Of a stretch of DNA of 64,000 nucleotides, positions 20,886 through 31,664 are shown in pieces; the first letter of the stretch is position 1, and each line of letters begins with the position of its first letter. The notes under the pieces were generated by a model. The model was not told where the DNA came from, made no database searches, and saw only the letters and a list, made by a program, of their open reading frames with translations. The stretch is from Calditrichia bacterium (GTDB lineage Bacteria > Calditrichota > Calditrichia > JAJRVZ01). Position numbers and translations under genes: made by a program. The DNA is taken from assembly GCA_963796965.1 (NCBI GenBank), contig CAWCNS010000007.1, forward strand, positions 32,001 through 96,000. The letters run 5' to 3'.

Positions 20886-22145
20886 TTATTTATAAATTAA
20901 ATATTTCTTACGTATTTGCAGAAAATTATCAATTTGTGTTTTCCAGATGTCTTTTAATTGATCAACCGGAACTCCCTTTTCTAATGCCAATCTAATTTTA
21001 TCCGTTCCTACAACTTTGTCAAACATTTTTACCCGCCCTGCTTTTGCAAACAGGTCGTTTTCAGGATATAGTTTCATATGGGTCTGCATGATATGTAGAC
21101 CTGTGGTGTAAGGCTCAAATGATTGAGGATCGCTGATATGTAGTTGTGCTCCCTGGCAGACCTCACCTTCATAATGCAGGTAATAAGGACGGAAATATAG
21201 AGGTCTGAAGAAAACCCCCGGAAGTTTTAAGTCATTTAATCTGGATGCAAAAATGTCGCCATCAATCCATGGTGCACCAACGAGTTCAAACGGCGAGGTA
21301 TATCCAACACCTTCGGATAAGATACCCAATTCACCAAAAGTTCCTGTAGCACCCATAAACAAAATGGTTTGCCAGTGGGGAACATGGGGTGACGTAGGGA
21401 TCCATTGAAGTTTGGTGTCCTCCCAAAGCATTGATCTTTTCCATTCTTGCATAGGAATAACTTTCAATGAACATGCGATTCCAAACTCAGAGTTAAATAA
21501 TAGGGCCAATTCCCCAATCGTCATACCATGTCGATAGGGCAGAGGATACAGACCAACGAAGGATGAGAATTCCGGGTCAAGAATATTTCCAGCCACGCTT
21601 TCTCCACCAATCGGATTTGGACGGTCTAATACCATGACCTCTTTGTTGTTTGCAGCAGCCGCTTCCATCACCATCGCCATGGTATAAATATATGTATAAG
21701 CGCGCAGACCAATATCCTGAATATCAATCAGGATAATATCAACATTTTGAAGAGATTCCGATGAGGGTTTGCGTTGTTTTCCATATAAACTATAGATGGG
21801 CAAAGAGGTGTTAGGATCCTTTGAATCCAGAACATGCTCTCCAGCATGAATAGCCCCTCTGATACCATGTTCTGGTCCGTAAAGAGTTGTCAGATTAATC
21901 CTGGGGTGATGATGGAGAAGGTCCGAAGTAGGGATTAGTTTTGCATTTACACCGCTTGGATTTGTCAATAAACCTACCCGTTTGTTGTTAACAAGATCCA
22001 GATGATTCAATAAAAAATTATCAATACCCAGTAAAAATTCTTTATGCTCTTGAATGTTGGAATCTTTGGGAATAGTGACCTGAGGTTGGCAGGATAAAAA
22101 CATATATATCAGAGCAATTAGAATTAAATACTGTGATTTCTTCAT
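20886..22145 (-). CDS. namZ: Exo-beta-N-acetylmuramidase NamZ (DUF1343), lipoprotein
   Basis: GLLTNPSG, GPEHGIRG, DIQDIGLRAYTY, LDRPNP, RHGMTIGELA, PTSPH; lipobox FLSC. Confidence 0.92.
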   Translation of the reverse strand: MKKSQYLILIALIYMFLSCQPQVTIPKDSNIQEHKEFLLGIDNFLLNHLDLVNNKRVGLLTNPSGVNAKLIPTSDLLHHHPRINLTTLYGPEHGIRGAIHAGEHVLDSKDPNTSLPIYSLYGKQRKPSSESLQNVDIILIDIQDIGLRAYTYIYTMAMVMEAAAANNKEVMVLDRPNPIGGESVAGNILDPEFSSFVGLYPLPYRHGMTIGELALLFNSEFGIACSLKVIPMQEWKRSMLWEDTKLQWIPTSPHVPHWQTILFMGATGTFGELGILSEGVGYTSPFELVGAPWIDGDIFASRLNDLKLPGVFFRPLYFRPYYLHYEGEVCQGAQLHISDPQSFEPYTTGLHIMQTHMKLYPENDLFAKAGRVKMFDKVVGTDKIRLALEKGVPVDQLKDIWKTQIDNFLQIRKKYLIYK

Positions 22146-22588
22146 TGATTTTTAGTTGGTTTAGTTGGTAAACAAACGAAAATGAAAAGTAACCAAAACA
22201 AAAGTTAATATCAATTCGAAATTATTACGAATTTAGAGCAGATTTTGGCTAATGATCTAAAAAATGAGAGGTTAATTTATATTACCAGCTGTTTGCAATT
22301 ATTATCACTTTTACTTAATATTTAGCCATTGCTTATCTAATTTTTTTACCTGATCTAATCGTAGTGAAAGATATCCAGATCTTAGCGACAGCTCTGACTG
22401 TTCAAATTCGAAGGATGATAATTTATTTACCATGAAATTCACTCCCGAAGGGACTCCTTCGGAGGAAGAGCAGAAGAAAAAATTATAAATTATACTTTGT
22501 GTGTTTCGTGGTTTGAAACCAGATATATATTTGACGAGAATGCCCTTATTCTTTGATATACTAAAAGCTTATATATAGGAGAAAAACC

Positions 22589-23437
22589 GTGATAAAAAGG
22601 ATATTGTTGCCTCTGGACCCATCCCCTTATTCAAAATCTGCTCTTGATCTGGCCTGTATTATAGCAAAAATATATGATGCAGAAATTACCGGTATGGTTA
22701 TTCTGGATATACCAGGCATTATGGATTCTATAGGTCCTGTTCCTATTGGTGGGATTCATAGGGCTGAAAAGCTTGAAAATGAAAAAAAGGAAGAGGCAAT
22801 GGAAAGGATATCTTCACTCCTGCAATCGTTTAGAGATAAATGTACATTAGAAGGGATTCGCTATAATGAGGCCAAAAGGCAAGGCAGCCCCAGTGAGAAA
22901 ATAATTGAGGAGTCTATCTATCATGATGTTGTCTTTGCTGGGTTGCGTACCTATTTTAATTTTGAAACTTCAGATAAACATGGAAATTCCTTAGATAAAA
23001 TTTTAAAAGAAGCCATCACTCCTGTATATGGTGTCCCCAAAAAAATTCCATTTACCTCTGAACCGGATCGTAAAGTTAAAATTCTCATAGCTTTTGATGG
23101 AAGTCCGCTCTCAGCACGGGCACTTCAGCGTTTTGGGCAGTTGATAATCCGCGAACTTTACGAAATAACTCTCCTGAACGTCTCCGATGAGAGAGAAGAA
23201 GGAGAAGAAATGCTTGCGCGGGCTGCTGAATATCTTAGTGCACATAATATTACCGATGTGAAAAAAGATTGGGTTGATGGTGATATAATTGATATCATCG
23301 AATCAAAGTATTATGATTCTATGGATGGCTTTGTAGTTGGCGCCCATTCTCGTGAGGGTGTATTTGATTTTCTTGTTGGGAGTCTGACGAAGTTCTTGGT
23401 AAGAAAGGCTGAAAAACTAGTGTTTATCGGGCAGTAA
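22589..23437 (+). CDS. Universal stress protein, tandem USP domains
   Basis: KRILLPLDPS, ILIAFDGS, VGAHS...LVGSLT. Confidence 0.9.
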   Translation: MIKRILLPLDPSPYSKSALDLACIIAKIYDAEITGMVILDIPGIMDSIGPVPIGGIHRAEKLENEKKEEAMERISSLLQSFRDKCTLEGIRYNEAKRQGSPSEKIIEESIYHDVVFAGLRTYFNFETSDKHGNSLDKILKEAITPVYGVPKKIPFTSEPDRKVKILIAFDGSPLSARALQRFGQLIIRELYEITLLNVSDEREEGEEMLARAAEYLSAHNITDVKKDWVDGDIIDIIESKYYDSMDGFVVGAHSREGVFDFLVGSLTKFLVRKAEKLVFIGQ

Positions 23438-23441
23438 TCAG

Positions 23442-24551
23442 ATGTCTCAAAAATCTGATCGAGGTAAAATGTTAGGGATTAATCAGGAGATGCCCCAAAT
23501 CCTCATCAGAAACACCAGGACAATAATATTTCTCTTAGGAATTATCTGTGCCATTCTTGCAGGTTATATCCTGATAGAGATGAAAACGGTTATTGTTCCA
23601 TTTGCGTTAGCACTTATCATCAGTTTTATCTTAAATCCCATCATAGTCTTTTTTGAGAAAAAGCACATTCCAGAGGGCATTTCTATTTTGGTCGTGCTGG
23701 TTTTAACCTTTGCTATATTATTTTTAGTGGGGCAGCTGATCAATATCAATGTTAAATCATTTTTGGCTGATGTTAATCAATATGAGGCCAAGTATCATAG
23801 TTTTAAACAGAACTTTCTTGAAATTATCAGTATTGCAGAGGGAGACTATACCGACTCTCTGAAAAGCAGAGAATACCCGGCAATAAGTGCTATCATTCAA
23901 AATACCTCGATTAAATCTCTTGTTACGGCAATTCTGGGTTCAGTGAGTTCGATATTATCTGATACATTTTTAGTTTTACTTTACCTCCTGTTTCTTCTGC
24001 TTAGCCGCAATCGTCTTGTTCATAAACTTGATATTGCCTTCAAATCAGATACCTCATCAACTCTGAAAGAAATTGTCAAAACGATCACCACTCAAATCAA
24101 CAAGTATGTGATCACAAAAACCTGGATTAGTTTGCTAACTGCATCTATGGTAACATTAGTCCTGTGGTTATTTGGTGTTGAATTTGCCTTCATCTGGGGA
24201 TTGCTGACCTTCTTATTGAACTTTATACCAAATATTGGTTCAATCTTTGCAACTTTATTCCCGGCAGTTTTTGCATTCGTCCAATTTGATACTCTAATGC
24301 CTGTTATTTGGGTTACGCTATGTCTGTTTCTGATACAATTTCTGGTCGGAAATGTTATCGAACCAAAAATTATTGGTAAAAGTATGGGGATAAGTCCGAT
24401 TGTTGTTCTCTTTTCTCTGATGTTTTGGGGATATGCCTGGGGGATCATCGGTATGATTCTGGCTGTACCATTTGCAGTTTTAATAAAAATAATTATGGAT
24501 AATATATCCGGATTAAAGCCGATTGGCGTTTTGATTAGTGACTATAAATGA
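23442..24551 (+). CDS. AI-2E family transporter
   Basis: FLLNFIPNIGS, GNVIEPKIIG, SPIVVLFSLMFWG, GMILAVP. Confidence 0.92.
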   Translation: MSQKSDRGKMLGINQEMPQILIRNTRTIIFLLGIICAILAGYILIEMKTVIVPFALALIISFILNPIIVFFEKKHIPEGISILVVLVLTFAILFLVGQLININVKSFLADVNQYEAKYHSFKQNFLEIISIAEGDYTDSLKSREYPAISAIIQNTSIKSLVTAILGSVSSILSDTFLVLLYLLFLLLSRNRLVHKLDIAFKSDTSSTLKEIVKTITTQINKYVITKTWISLLTASMVTLVLWLFGVEFAFIWGLLTFLLNFIPNIGSIFATLFPAVFAFVQFDTLMPVIWVTLCLFLIQFLVGNVIEPKIIGKSMGISPIVVLFSLMFWGYAWGIIGMILAVPFAVLIKIIMDNISGLKPIGVLISDYK

Positions 24552-24729
24552 GGGTAAGCAAGAAATATAATGAATATCGAATAAGGATTAATTCCGAAGC
24601 AATTTCGGGACAAGCAGATTTTCAAACAGTTCGCAAATCGTTAATCGATATTCCTTGCCTGTCCCGTTACGAAGTGTATCGGGATTCTTAAATAATTTTT
24701 GCTATTATATCAGGGGAGATATTAAAAAG

Positions 24730-25125
24730 ATGAGCGATCACAATGACGAAAGAAGAAAGCATCAACGGGTGTTATTTACCGTTGAAGATGGTATTGTTGG
24801 CGTGTTCAACCCACCTGGGAATGGTGGCGAACCTTTAGAAGCATCCGTTATGGATATGAGTAAAGGAGGAGTAAAATTACTTTTTAAACCGATTCTTGAT
24901 AATAGAATTATGGAAGGAGATAAGTTAATACTTAGTGAGATCCGTGGTTCAGGTTCCTCCCAGGTTGTTGTCAATATTGATACTGAAGTTAAATGGATAT
25001 CTGAAGATGAGTTGAGTGAAACCATAGGCGTGGGTGTTGAATTTTTAAATGTAGTTGAAAGTGAACAAGATCAGATTGACGAAATGGCAGATTTTTGGTA
25101 TTTGCAAAAGCTTGAGAGGCATTAG
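24730..25125 (+). CDS. PilZ domain protein
   Basis: ERRKHQR and DMSKGG motifs; GVEF. Confidence 0.88.
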   Translation: MSDHNDERRKHQRVLFTVEDGIVGVFNPPGNGGEPLEASVMDMSKGGVKLLFKPILDNRIMEGDKLILSEIRGSGSSQVVVNIDTEVKWISEDELSETIGVGVEFLNVVESEQDQIDEMADFWYLQKLERH

Positions 25126-25518
25126 ATGAAAACAATTTCCGAGATTTATATACTTTTGGAAGATCGACCAGGAACAATCGGCGATCTGGCCAGGGTGTTG
25201 AAGAAAAAGAAGGTGTCAATTTATGCGATTGGTCTATGGGTTGATACAGCCAGGTTATATGTCTCTGATCCTGAACTGGCTCTAAAAGCAGTTCAGGAAC
25301 AAGGGTACCAGGTGGAATTACGTGAAGTGTTGCATTTTGATGTTCCCAACAAACCAGGTGTTCTAATGGAGTTAACCCAAAAACTTGGAAATGCGGGTAT
25401 AAATATTAATAATCTATATGGTGCCCTTGGTGAAAAGCAAGAGCGGGGAATATTGATCGTAGAAGTTGATAATATGCAATTGGCATTGGATATATTCGAA
25501 AATCATGATTTTGACTGA
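25126..25518 (+). CDS. Tandem ACT domain protein
   Basis: LEDRPGTI; VPNKPGVL...LGNAGINI. Confidence 0.85.
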   Translation: MKTISEIYILLEDRPGTIGDLARVLKKKKVSIYAIGLWVDTARLYVSDPELALKAVQEQGYQVELREVLHFDVPNKPGVLMELTQKLGNAGININNLYGALGEKQERGILIVEVDNMQLALDIFENHDFD

Positions 25519-25528
25519 TTTATTCATA

Positions 25529-25685
25529 CCGCAAAGATGCTGCAATCTAAGATAAGAGGTACACAAACTACTTAACCGCAACGACGCAGAGGATACGCAA
25601 AGCACGCAAAGTATTTATTAATTTATTTAAAGAAAATATATTTTGTCATTACGAACCTTACGCCTTCTTTGTGTCTTAGCGGTAA
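25529..25685. repeat. Inverted-repeat element, family A
   Basis: aaccgcaacgacgcagag...cgcaaagcacgcaaag paired with ctttgtgtcttagcggt. Confidence 0.7.
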
Positions 25686-25801
25686 ATAAAATCTTGAACA
25701 CCTTATATAAAATTGTGCTTAAATAATAAAATATTTGAATATACGTTAGTCGTCCCAATTTATTGGGATGAAACTATCTTCAAAAACCCTTAAGGAAATA
25801 A

Positions 25802-27190
25802 ATGATAAAAAAGATAATAATTGTAATTTTTACCTTAATTCTCCTGGTTGTACTTGCAATCTATCTAATTACGGGAAGTGTAAACCATACACCTTACTTC
25901 AAAGAGGGTTATTATGATATCACAAGGGCACGCCTGGATTCTACCCTGCAGATTTTATCCCCTTCCCATGGTCAGCTAAAAGCCGGTTTCTCTAAGATCA
26001 ATATTACACCAATTATTGGTGCAGCGGAAGACAATCCCGATGAGGGGGCGTTCAAAGTTATGCCTCTTGCCGGATATGGGGGGCGTGAAGGAAGGCCGGC
26101 GCTAGGCATTCATGACAGCCTTTATGTAAGAGTTACAGCCCTAAAGGTTGAAGATAAGATGATTGTTTTTGTTGGAAGTGATCTGTTGATAATGCCTCCT
26201 GAAGTCACCGATAGCCTCACCTCACAATTAGAGAAATTCCATGATATAAAAAGAGAACAGTTATTTCTTTCAGCAACCCATACGCATTCATCTGTTGGTG
26301 CATGGGCATCTGGTTGGGTCGGAAGTGAGTTCGCCGGAGAGGAAAATCTTGCTGTGCGACAATGGCTTACGATGAGAATTAAGACCGGCATACTTGCTGC
26401 AATTGAAGATCTGCAACTTGCGAGAATAGCAACGACCAATTTCACGGCACCAGAATTTGTAAGAAACAGACTAGTCGGGGAGAAGGGTAGGGTCAATCCT
26501 GAATTTACTTTTATTGTCCTCCAACAACAGAGTGGGAAAAATTGTGTGCTCGGTGCCTATTCAGCCCATGCCACAACAATTGGAGCATCAAATATGCTAT
26601 TCAGTGCCGGATATCCTGGTTATTGGCAATCTAAACTTGAGAGTGAATTTGCCCATACCGCCATTTTTTTTGCCGGCACTGTGGGTAGTCATGGACCGGT
26701 AGGAAAAGGCAAAAATTTTGAAAAGGCTCGATACATCGGTGAATCATTGGCTGATAGCGTGATCAAGCATTCATCTGATCTTGCTTATTATGACGCGGTC
26801 CCCCTTAAATACCTATCCTGTAAGGTTCGTCTCCCCGAGTTTCATGTTCGCGTAAGTATGGATAGACATTTATGTACAGCTCTGAGCAATCAATTATTAC
26901 CTTTACATGATGATGTTTGGATCCAGGCTGTAAAGATATCTGACCTGGTTTGGGTGACTTCTCCCTGTGATTTTAGTGGAGAGTTTGCCTTGGAGATAAA
27001 AAACAGTCTTAAACAAAAGGGCTATAAATCTATAATTTCCAGTTTTAATGGTGGGTATGTTGGATATGTGATCCCCAGAAAATACTACTATTTAGATAAA
27101 TATGAGTCATTTACCATGGCCTGGTTTGGTCCAAATCTGGGTGATTATTTTGTGGATATAATTTATCGGTTGAGTGAAGCCGTCCTTTAA
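25802..27190 (+). CDS. Neutral/alkaline ceramidase N-terminal-like metalloamidohydrolase, membrane anchored
   Basis: PLAGYG, IHDSLYVR, SATHTHS, YSAHAT, GYVGY. Confidence 0.8.
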   Translation: MIKKIIIVIFTLILLVVLAIYLITGSVNHTPYFKEGYYDITRARLDSTLQILSPSHGQLKAGFSKINITPIIGAAEDNPDEGAFKVMPLAGYGGREGRPALGIHDSLYVRVTALKVEDKMIVFVGSDLLIMPPEVTDSLTSQLEKFHDIKREQLFLSATHTHSSVGAWASGWVGSEFAGEENLAVRQWLTMRIKTGILAAIEDLQLARIATTNFTAPEFVRNRLVGEKGRVNPEFTFIVLQQQSGKNCVLGAYSAHATTIGASNMLFSAGYPGYWQSKLESEFAHTAIFFAGTVGSHGPVGKGKNFEKARYIGESLADSVIKHSSDLAYYDAVPLKYLSCKVRLPEFHVRVSMDRHLCTALSNQLLPLHDDVWIQAVKISDLVWVTSPCDFSGEFALEIKNSLKQKGYKSIISSFNGGYVGYVIPRKYYYLDKYESFTMAWFGPNLGDYFVDIIYRLSEAVL

Positions 27191-27196
27191 GTGCCT

Positions 27197-27369
27197 GATA
27201 CTAGGTTTTGGATACCCGATTATTGATACTGGATGATCAGCAAATTGCCTTGTTTGACAACCATTATTTGGAATTTCAACTCACTTCAAATTTCAAACAA
27301 AGACGTGACAGCAAATAGCAATGAGCACAACTTTTATATCTTGTATCCCGTATCCCGTATCCTGTATCG
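27197..27369. repeat. Inverted 7-nt tandem repeats (GATACTG / TATCCCG)
   Basis: gatactagg..gatacccg..gatactgg versus tatcttgtatcccgtatcccgtatcctgtatc. Confidence 0.65.
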
Positions 27370-27411
27370 GGTACCATCCCCTCAAATGCATATGTGAAAG
27401 GTTAACTTAGA

Positions 27412-28713
27412 ATGTCCTGGAAAAAAATTACCTTATTGATAATTGCGGTACTTGTCGGCCTGTTAATTATTACTTTTCTTGTGATAACCGGTCCTTCCTT
27501 ATGGCGTCATTTTATAACTTATCCCGCTCTGGATGCTGAATTAGAAGAACTTGAACTTAAAAGACAGGAAACGCCCAACATTGTAAATCTCAAAACATAT
27601 CGTGGTATTCTTCACTCACACTGTTACTGGTCCCACGATAGCCGGGGAGTTCTGCAAGAGTTTCTTCCAGCGGCAAAAAAAGCCAATATTGAATTTATTT
27701 TTTTTACTGATCACCCCCGGGCAAAATTGGATACCTTTCCCAGGGCTTATCAAGGTATGTATGACGGTATCTTGATTGAACCCGGAAGCGAAACCCGCGG
27801 CATGCTTATTTGGCCTCTCGACACCATGATTGTGGACTGGCGCATAAATAATGCAGACATGTTTAAAGAGGTTATTGATCAAGGCGGATTGGTCTTCTAT
27901 GGTCATAGTGAAGAACCCCATGAATGGGGCAATCCGGATTATCAGGGGATGGAAATTTATAATATCCATACGGATTCGAAGGATGATGATATGGTTGCTC
28001 ATGCACCAAATCTCACTATTAATGGACCGAGCTACCGGCGCTGGGCTTATTGGGAAGTAGTCGATGAACAAACAGAAATTCTGGCACTCTGGGACTCTTT
28101 AAACCAGGGGCGCAGGATTGTTGGCATATCTGCTGCTGATGCACATGATAATCAAAATATTCGTGCCCGTTATTTTGAGGACGGACGGGTGGAATGGGTG
28201 GGTCCCAATGCAGATGCTATCGATACTACTGAAACGGGATTACTTGAGTGGTTACTGCTCTCAGAGCCAGACGAAAATGGTTGGGCATTTAAATGGCAGA
28301 TAGATACTTATTATATGTCCTTTAGTCTATGTACCAATTATCTTTTTGCGGATACATTAACAATTGAATCAATTGCTGATCATCTTCTGAAGGGACATCT
28401 ATATACGGGCTTTCAAAGCATTGCTGATGCGGATGGATTCATCTTTTATGGAAACAATGACGCCGGGGACTTGACATCTATTATGGGAGACTCGGTAAGT
28501 TCTGCTAATATAGCATCGCTTAACGCTGTATCACCTTTGCCGGGCCAATTCAGGTTAATCAGAAATGGAAAACTAATCGATACGGTTTCTGACGCCTATG
28601 AATATCATTACGAACAACCCATTTTTCCGGGTGTTTATCGACTGGAGGTATTTTTAGAATTTGATTCGAAGTGGAATCCTTGGATCTATTCAAATCCGAT
28701 ATATGTTTATTGA
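27412..28713 (+). CDS. PHP-domain metallohydrolase (CehA/McbA-like)
   Basis: HSHCYWSHDS, FTDH, GMEIYN, ADAH, WIYSNPIY. Confidence 0.78.
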   Translation: MSWKKITLLIIAVLVGLLIITFLVITGPSLWRHFITYPALDAELEELELKRQETPNIVNLKTYRGILHSHCYWSHDSRGVLQEFLPAAKKANIEFIFFTDHPRAKLDTFPRAYQGMYDGILIEPGSETRGMLIWPLDTMIVDWRINNADMFKEVIDQGGLVFYGHSEEPHEWGNPDYQGMEIYNIHTDSKDDDMVAHAPNLTINGPSYRRWAYWEVVDEQTEILALWDSLNQGRRIVGISAADAHDNQNIRARYFEDGRVEWVGPNADAIDTTETGLLEWLLLSEPDENGWAFKWQIDTYYMSFSLCTNYLFADTLTIESIADHLLKGHLYTGFQSIADADGFIFYGNNDAGDLTSIMGDSVSSANIASLNAVSPLPGQFRLIRNGKLIDTVSDAYEYHYEQPIFPGVYRLEVFLEFDSKWNPWIYSNPIYVY

Positions 28714-28858
28714 TGTCTGATTTATCGTCTTAACGCAGCGTTAAGAAAAAGGTGTCGCCAGGCATAAATTAATTAAATAAAAGATAGAAAATGAGGTCAA
28801 TCATTAAACAAATTTGTCATCCCGTTCCGGGACAGGATGATAAATAGAGGGCAAATCA

Positions 28859-29971
28859 ATGAAAGAAAATTTTAGATATCAGCAAAAATATAACGGCTAT
28901 TTTAGTACAATATTTAGTGTATTAGCATCCTTAATTGTCTTTAGTTCCTGTGCCCATACTCAACAAAAGAAAGATATACCCATGCACTCTTCAATTGTAA
29001 AGCAAGAATTTATTTATTCATTGGCAAATGCGCCAACGCCTCAATGTCATGCTTCAACCATTGCAGCAACAGATGGGAAATTAGTCGCGGCCTGGTTTGG
29101 GGGAACCCGTGAAAAAAACAAGGATGTTGGGATTTGGGTGTCGGTGAAATCTGATGATCAGTGGTCCAAACCCGAGGAGGTTGTCAATGGTGTACAGGCC
29201 GATGGCTCCCGGTACCCGTGCTGGAATCCCGTGCTGTTTCAGCCACGAAACGGACCTTTGATGCTGTTTTACAAGGTTGGTCCAAATCCAGAAGAATGGT
29301 GGGGCTTGCTTGTCACATCTGAAGATGGGGGAATTACATGGTCCAAACCTATCCGGTTGCCGGACGGTATATGGGGGCCTATAAAAAACAAACCGGTACA
29401 ATTGACAGATGGGACAATTCTAAGTCCTTCCAGCCGTGAAGATGTGGGATGGCAGATACATGTTGAGATCTCTGACGAAAAGGCAAAGACCTGGAAGAGT
29501 ACCGGAGGATTGAATGATACGTCAAAATTCGGAGCCATTCAGCCAACAATCCTGATCTATCCCGGAAATAAATTACAAATGCTCTCTCGCACAGAAAATG
29601 AGGTAATCTCAGAATGCTGGTCCGAAGACAACGGGCGAACCTGGAGCGAAATGTCGGCAACATCTTTACCGAATCCTAATTCGGGTATTGATGGTGTTAC
29701 CTTGAAAGATGGGCGTCAATTGCTTGTCTACAATCCCACGGATAAAAACTGGGGAGATAGGGTTCCTTTAAGCATCGCACTATCAAATGATGGGAAAAAA
29801 TGGACGAAAATGCTCGATCTCGAGCCTGTTACAAATCCTGATACGACAGAGGATGAGGAATATTCTTATCCGGGGGTAATTCAAACAGCAGATGGATTGG
29901 TTCATGTGGTGTATACGTATAATCGAGAGACCGTAAAACATGTGGTGGTTGATCCGGCAAAAATTAATTAA
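28859..29971 (+). CDS. BNR-repeat sialidase-like beta-propeller lipoprotein
   Basis: QCHASTI, AWFGGTRE, Asp boxes SEDGGITWS and SEDNGRTWS, YSYP. Confidence 0.85.
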   Translation: MKENFRYQQKYNGYFSTIFSVLASLIVFSSCAHTQQKKDIPMHSSIVKQEFIYSLANAPTPQCHASTIAATDGKLVAAWFGGTREKNKDVGIWVSVKSDDQWSKPEEVVNGVQADGSRYPCWNPVLFQPRNGPLMLFYKVGPNPEEWWGLLVTSEDGGITWSKPIRLPDGIWGPIKNKPVQLTDGTILSPSSREDVGWQIHVEISDEKAKTWKSTGGLNDTSKFGAIQPTILIYPGNKLQMLSRTENEVISECWSEDNGRTWSEMSATSLPNPNSGIDGVTLKDGRQLLVYNPTDKNWGDRVPLSIALSNDGKKWTKMLDLEPVTNPDTTEDEEYSYPGVIQTADGLVHVVYTYNRETVKHVVVDPAKIN

Positions 29972-30010
29972 TTTATCTTTAATAGGTGATATAGAGATCG
30001 ACAAGCTTTC

Positions 30011-30087
30011 TTCCACTAATTCCACTAATTCGCACGAATTAATTTTATAAATAATAATATTCGTGAAATTTGTGAAATCCGTGGATA
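30011..30087. repeat. Inverted-repeat element, family B (CACGAATT/AATTCGTG)
   Basis: ttccactaattccactaattcgcacgaatt paired with attcgtgaaatttgtgaaatccgtgga. Confidence 0.8.
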
Positions 30088-30122
30088 AAATTCTTTTAAA
30101 GTTGTTCAAATTGGAGAAGAAA

Positions 30123-31595
30123 GTGTTATCGATAAATAAAATCTGGTATATATTCCGGGTTCGACATTCAGATGGTATTCGTCTTGTTATACTGATGGCG
30201 AATTTGGTTTTTTTACTATTCTCATTTGCCTGCCAAAATGATTCAAATGCTAATAATGATGATATCAGTTCAGCATGGGAACAAGTACCTGAAATCCTGG
30301 ATAAAATTACTGTCCCGTTATTCCCTCAAAGAGAGTACCTGATCACGGAATTTGGGGCTGTTGGTGATGGTGAAACCGACTGTTATTCCTCATTTAAAAT
30401 CGCGGTGAATAAATGTAATGCCGAAGGTGGAGGAAAAATTGTTGTTCCGAAGGGGATCTTTCTTACAAATGGCCCAATTCATCTGAAAAGTAATGTTAAT
30501 TTGCATCTGCAGAAAGGGGCTGTAATAAAGTTTGGTTCCAACCCCGATGATTATTTGCCTGTTGTACTTACGCGATGGGAAGGAACAGAACTTTTTAATT
30601 ACTCCCCATTGGTATATGCCTATATGGCAACCAATGTGGCCATCACCGGAGAGGGAATTCTTAATGGCAATGCGGGTGCGGAATTTGCAAAATGGAAGCC
30701 GCGACAGAAACCAGCTCAGAAAAAACTACGTCAGATGGGCAATGATGGGATTCCTGTTTATAAGAGGGTCTTTGGTAAAGGATCTTTTTTACGTCCGGGT
30801 ATGGTTCAGTTCTTTGGGTGTAAAAATGTACTTGTTGAAAAAATCACCATCAAAGACGCTCCCTTTTGGTGTTTGCATCCGGTCTTTTGTGTAAATGTGA
30901 CGATACGAGGAATAACTGTAGATAGTCGTAACCAGAACAATGATGGTTGTAATCCTGATGCTTCTGTGAATGTATTAATAGAGAATTGCGAATTCCATAC
31001 AGGTGATGATGGTGTCGCAATTAAATCAGGCAGGGATCAGGATGGCTGGCGCATTGGTCAGGCTACCGAGAATGTTATTATTCGCAACTGTGTTGTTAAC
31101 TCTAAAATAAATGGTCTTTGTATTGGTAGCGAAATGTCCGGAAGTGTAAGGAATATATTTATTGAAAACTGTAAAATTGCAGAGGCGACATCTGTTCTTT
31201 ATTGCAAGTCCAATTTTGATCGTGGTGGCCGGGTTGAAAATGTATATATGAGGAATATCGATGTAGATCGGGCAAAAGATGCCTTAATACGTCTGGATAC
31301 AAACTACAAGGGGCATCGTGGGAATCATCATCCACCTCTTTTTCAAAATTTTTATATTGAAAATATCCAGTGTAAAAAAGCTGAAAATTATGCTGTTTAT
31401 GCAAAAAATGCGCCTGGTGGAACTATAGACAATATTGTTTTGAAAAATGTTACGGTAGATACGGCGAGAATTATCCGTTATTATAAAGATGTTAACAATA
31501 TTGTATTTGATAATGTTCTGATTAATGGTAAAATTCAAGAGAGTAAATATGATCCTTCGAAAGAAGGTGATGAAGATACAAATATTGGTTGGTAG
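30123..31595 (+). CDS. Glycoside hydrolase family 28, lipoprotein (start uncertain)
   Basis: FGAVGDG, GPIHLKSNVNLHL, LRPGMVQF, NNDG, TGDDGVAIKSG, IGSEMSG. Confidence 0.9.
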   Translation: MLSINKIWYIFRVRHSDGIRLVILMANLVFLLFSFACQNDSNANNDDISSAWEQVPEILDKITVPLFPQREYLITEFGAVGDGETDCYSSFKIAVNKCNAEGGGKIVVPKGIFLTNGPIHLKSNVNLHLQKGAVIKFGSNPDDYLPVVLTRWEGTELFNYSPLVYAYMATNVAITGEGILNGNAGAEFAKWKPRQKPAQKKLRQMGNDGIPVYKRVFGKGSFLRPGMVQFFGCKNVLVEKITIKDAPFWCLHPVFCVNVTIRGITVDSRNQNNDGCNPDASVNVLIENCEFHTGDDGVAIKSGRDQDGWRIGQATENVIIRNCVVNSKINGLCIGSEMSGSVRNIFIENCKIAEATSVLYCKSNFDRGGRVENVYMRNIDVDRAKDALIRLDTNYKGHRGNHHPPLFQNFYIENIQCKKAENYAVYAKNAPGGTIDNIVLKNVTVDTARIIRYYKDVNNIVFDNVLINGKIQESKYDPSKEGDEDTNIGW

Positions 31596-31664
31596 ATTTT
31601 TTAAGAAAAAATGATAATTTGAAATAATTCCCATATTTAATGCAAAGCGTATTGTGAAAATTAC

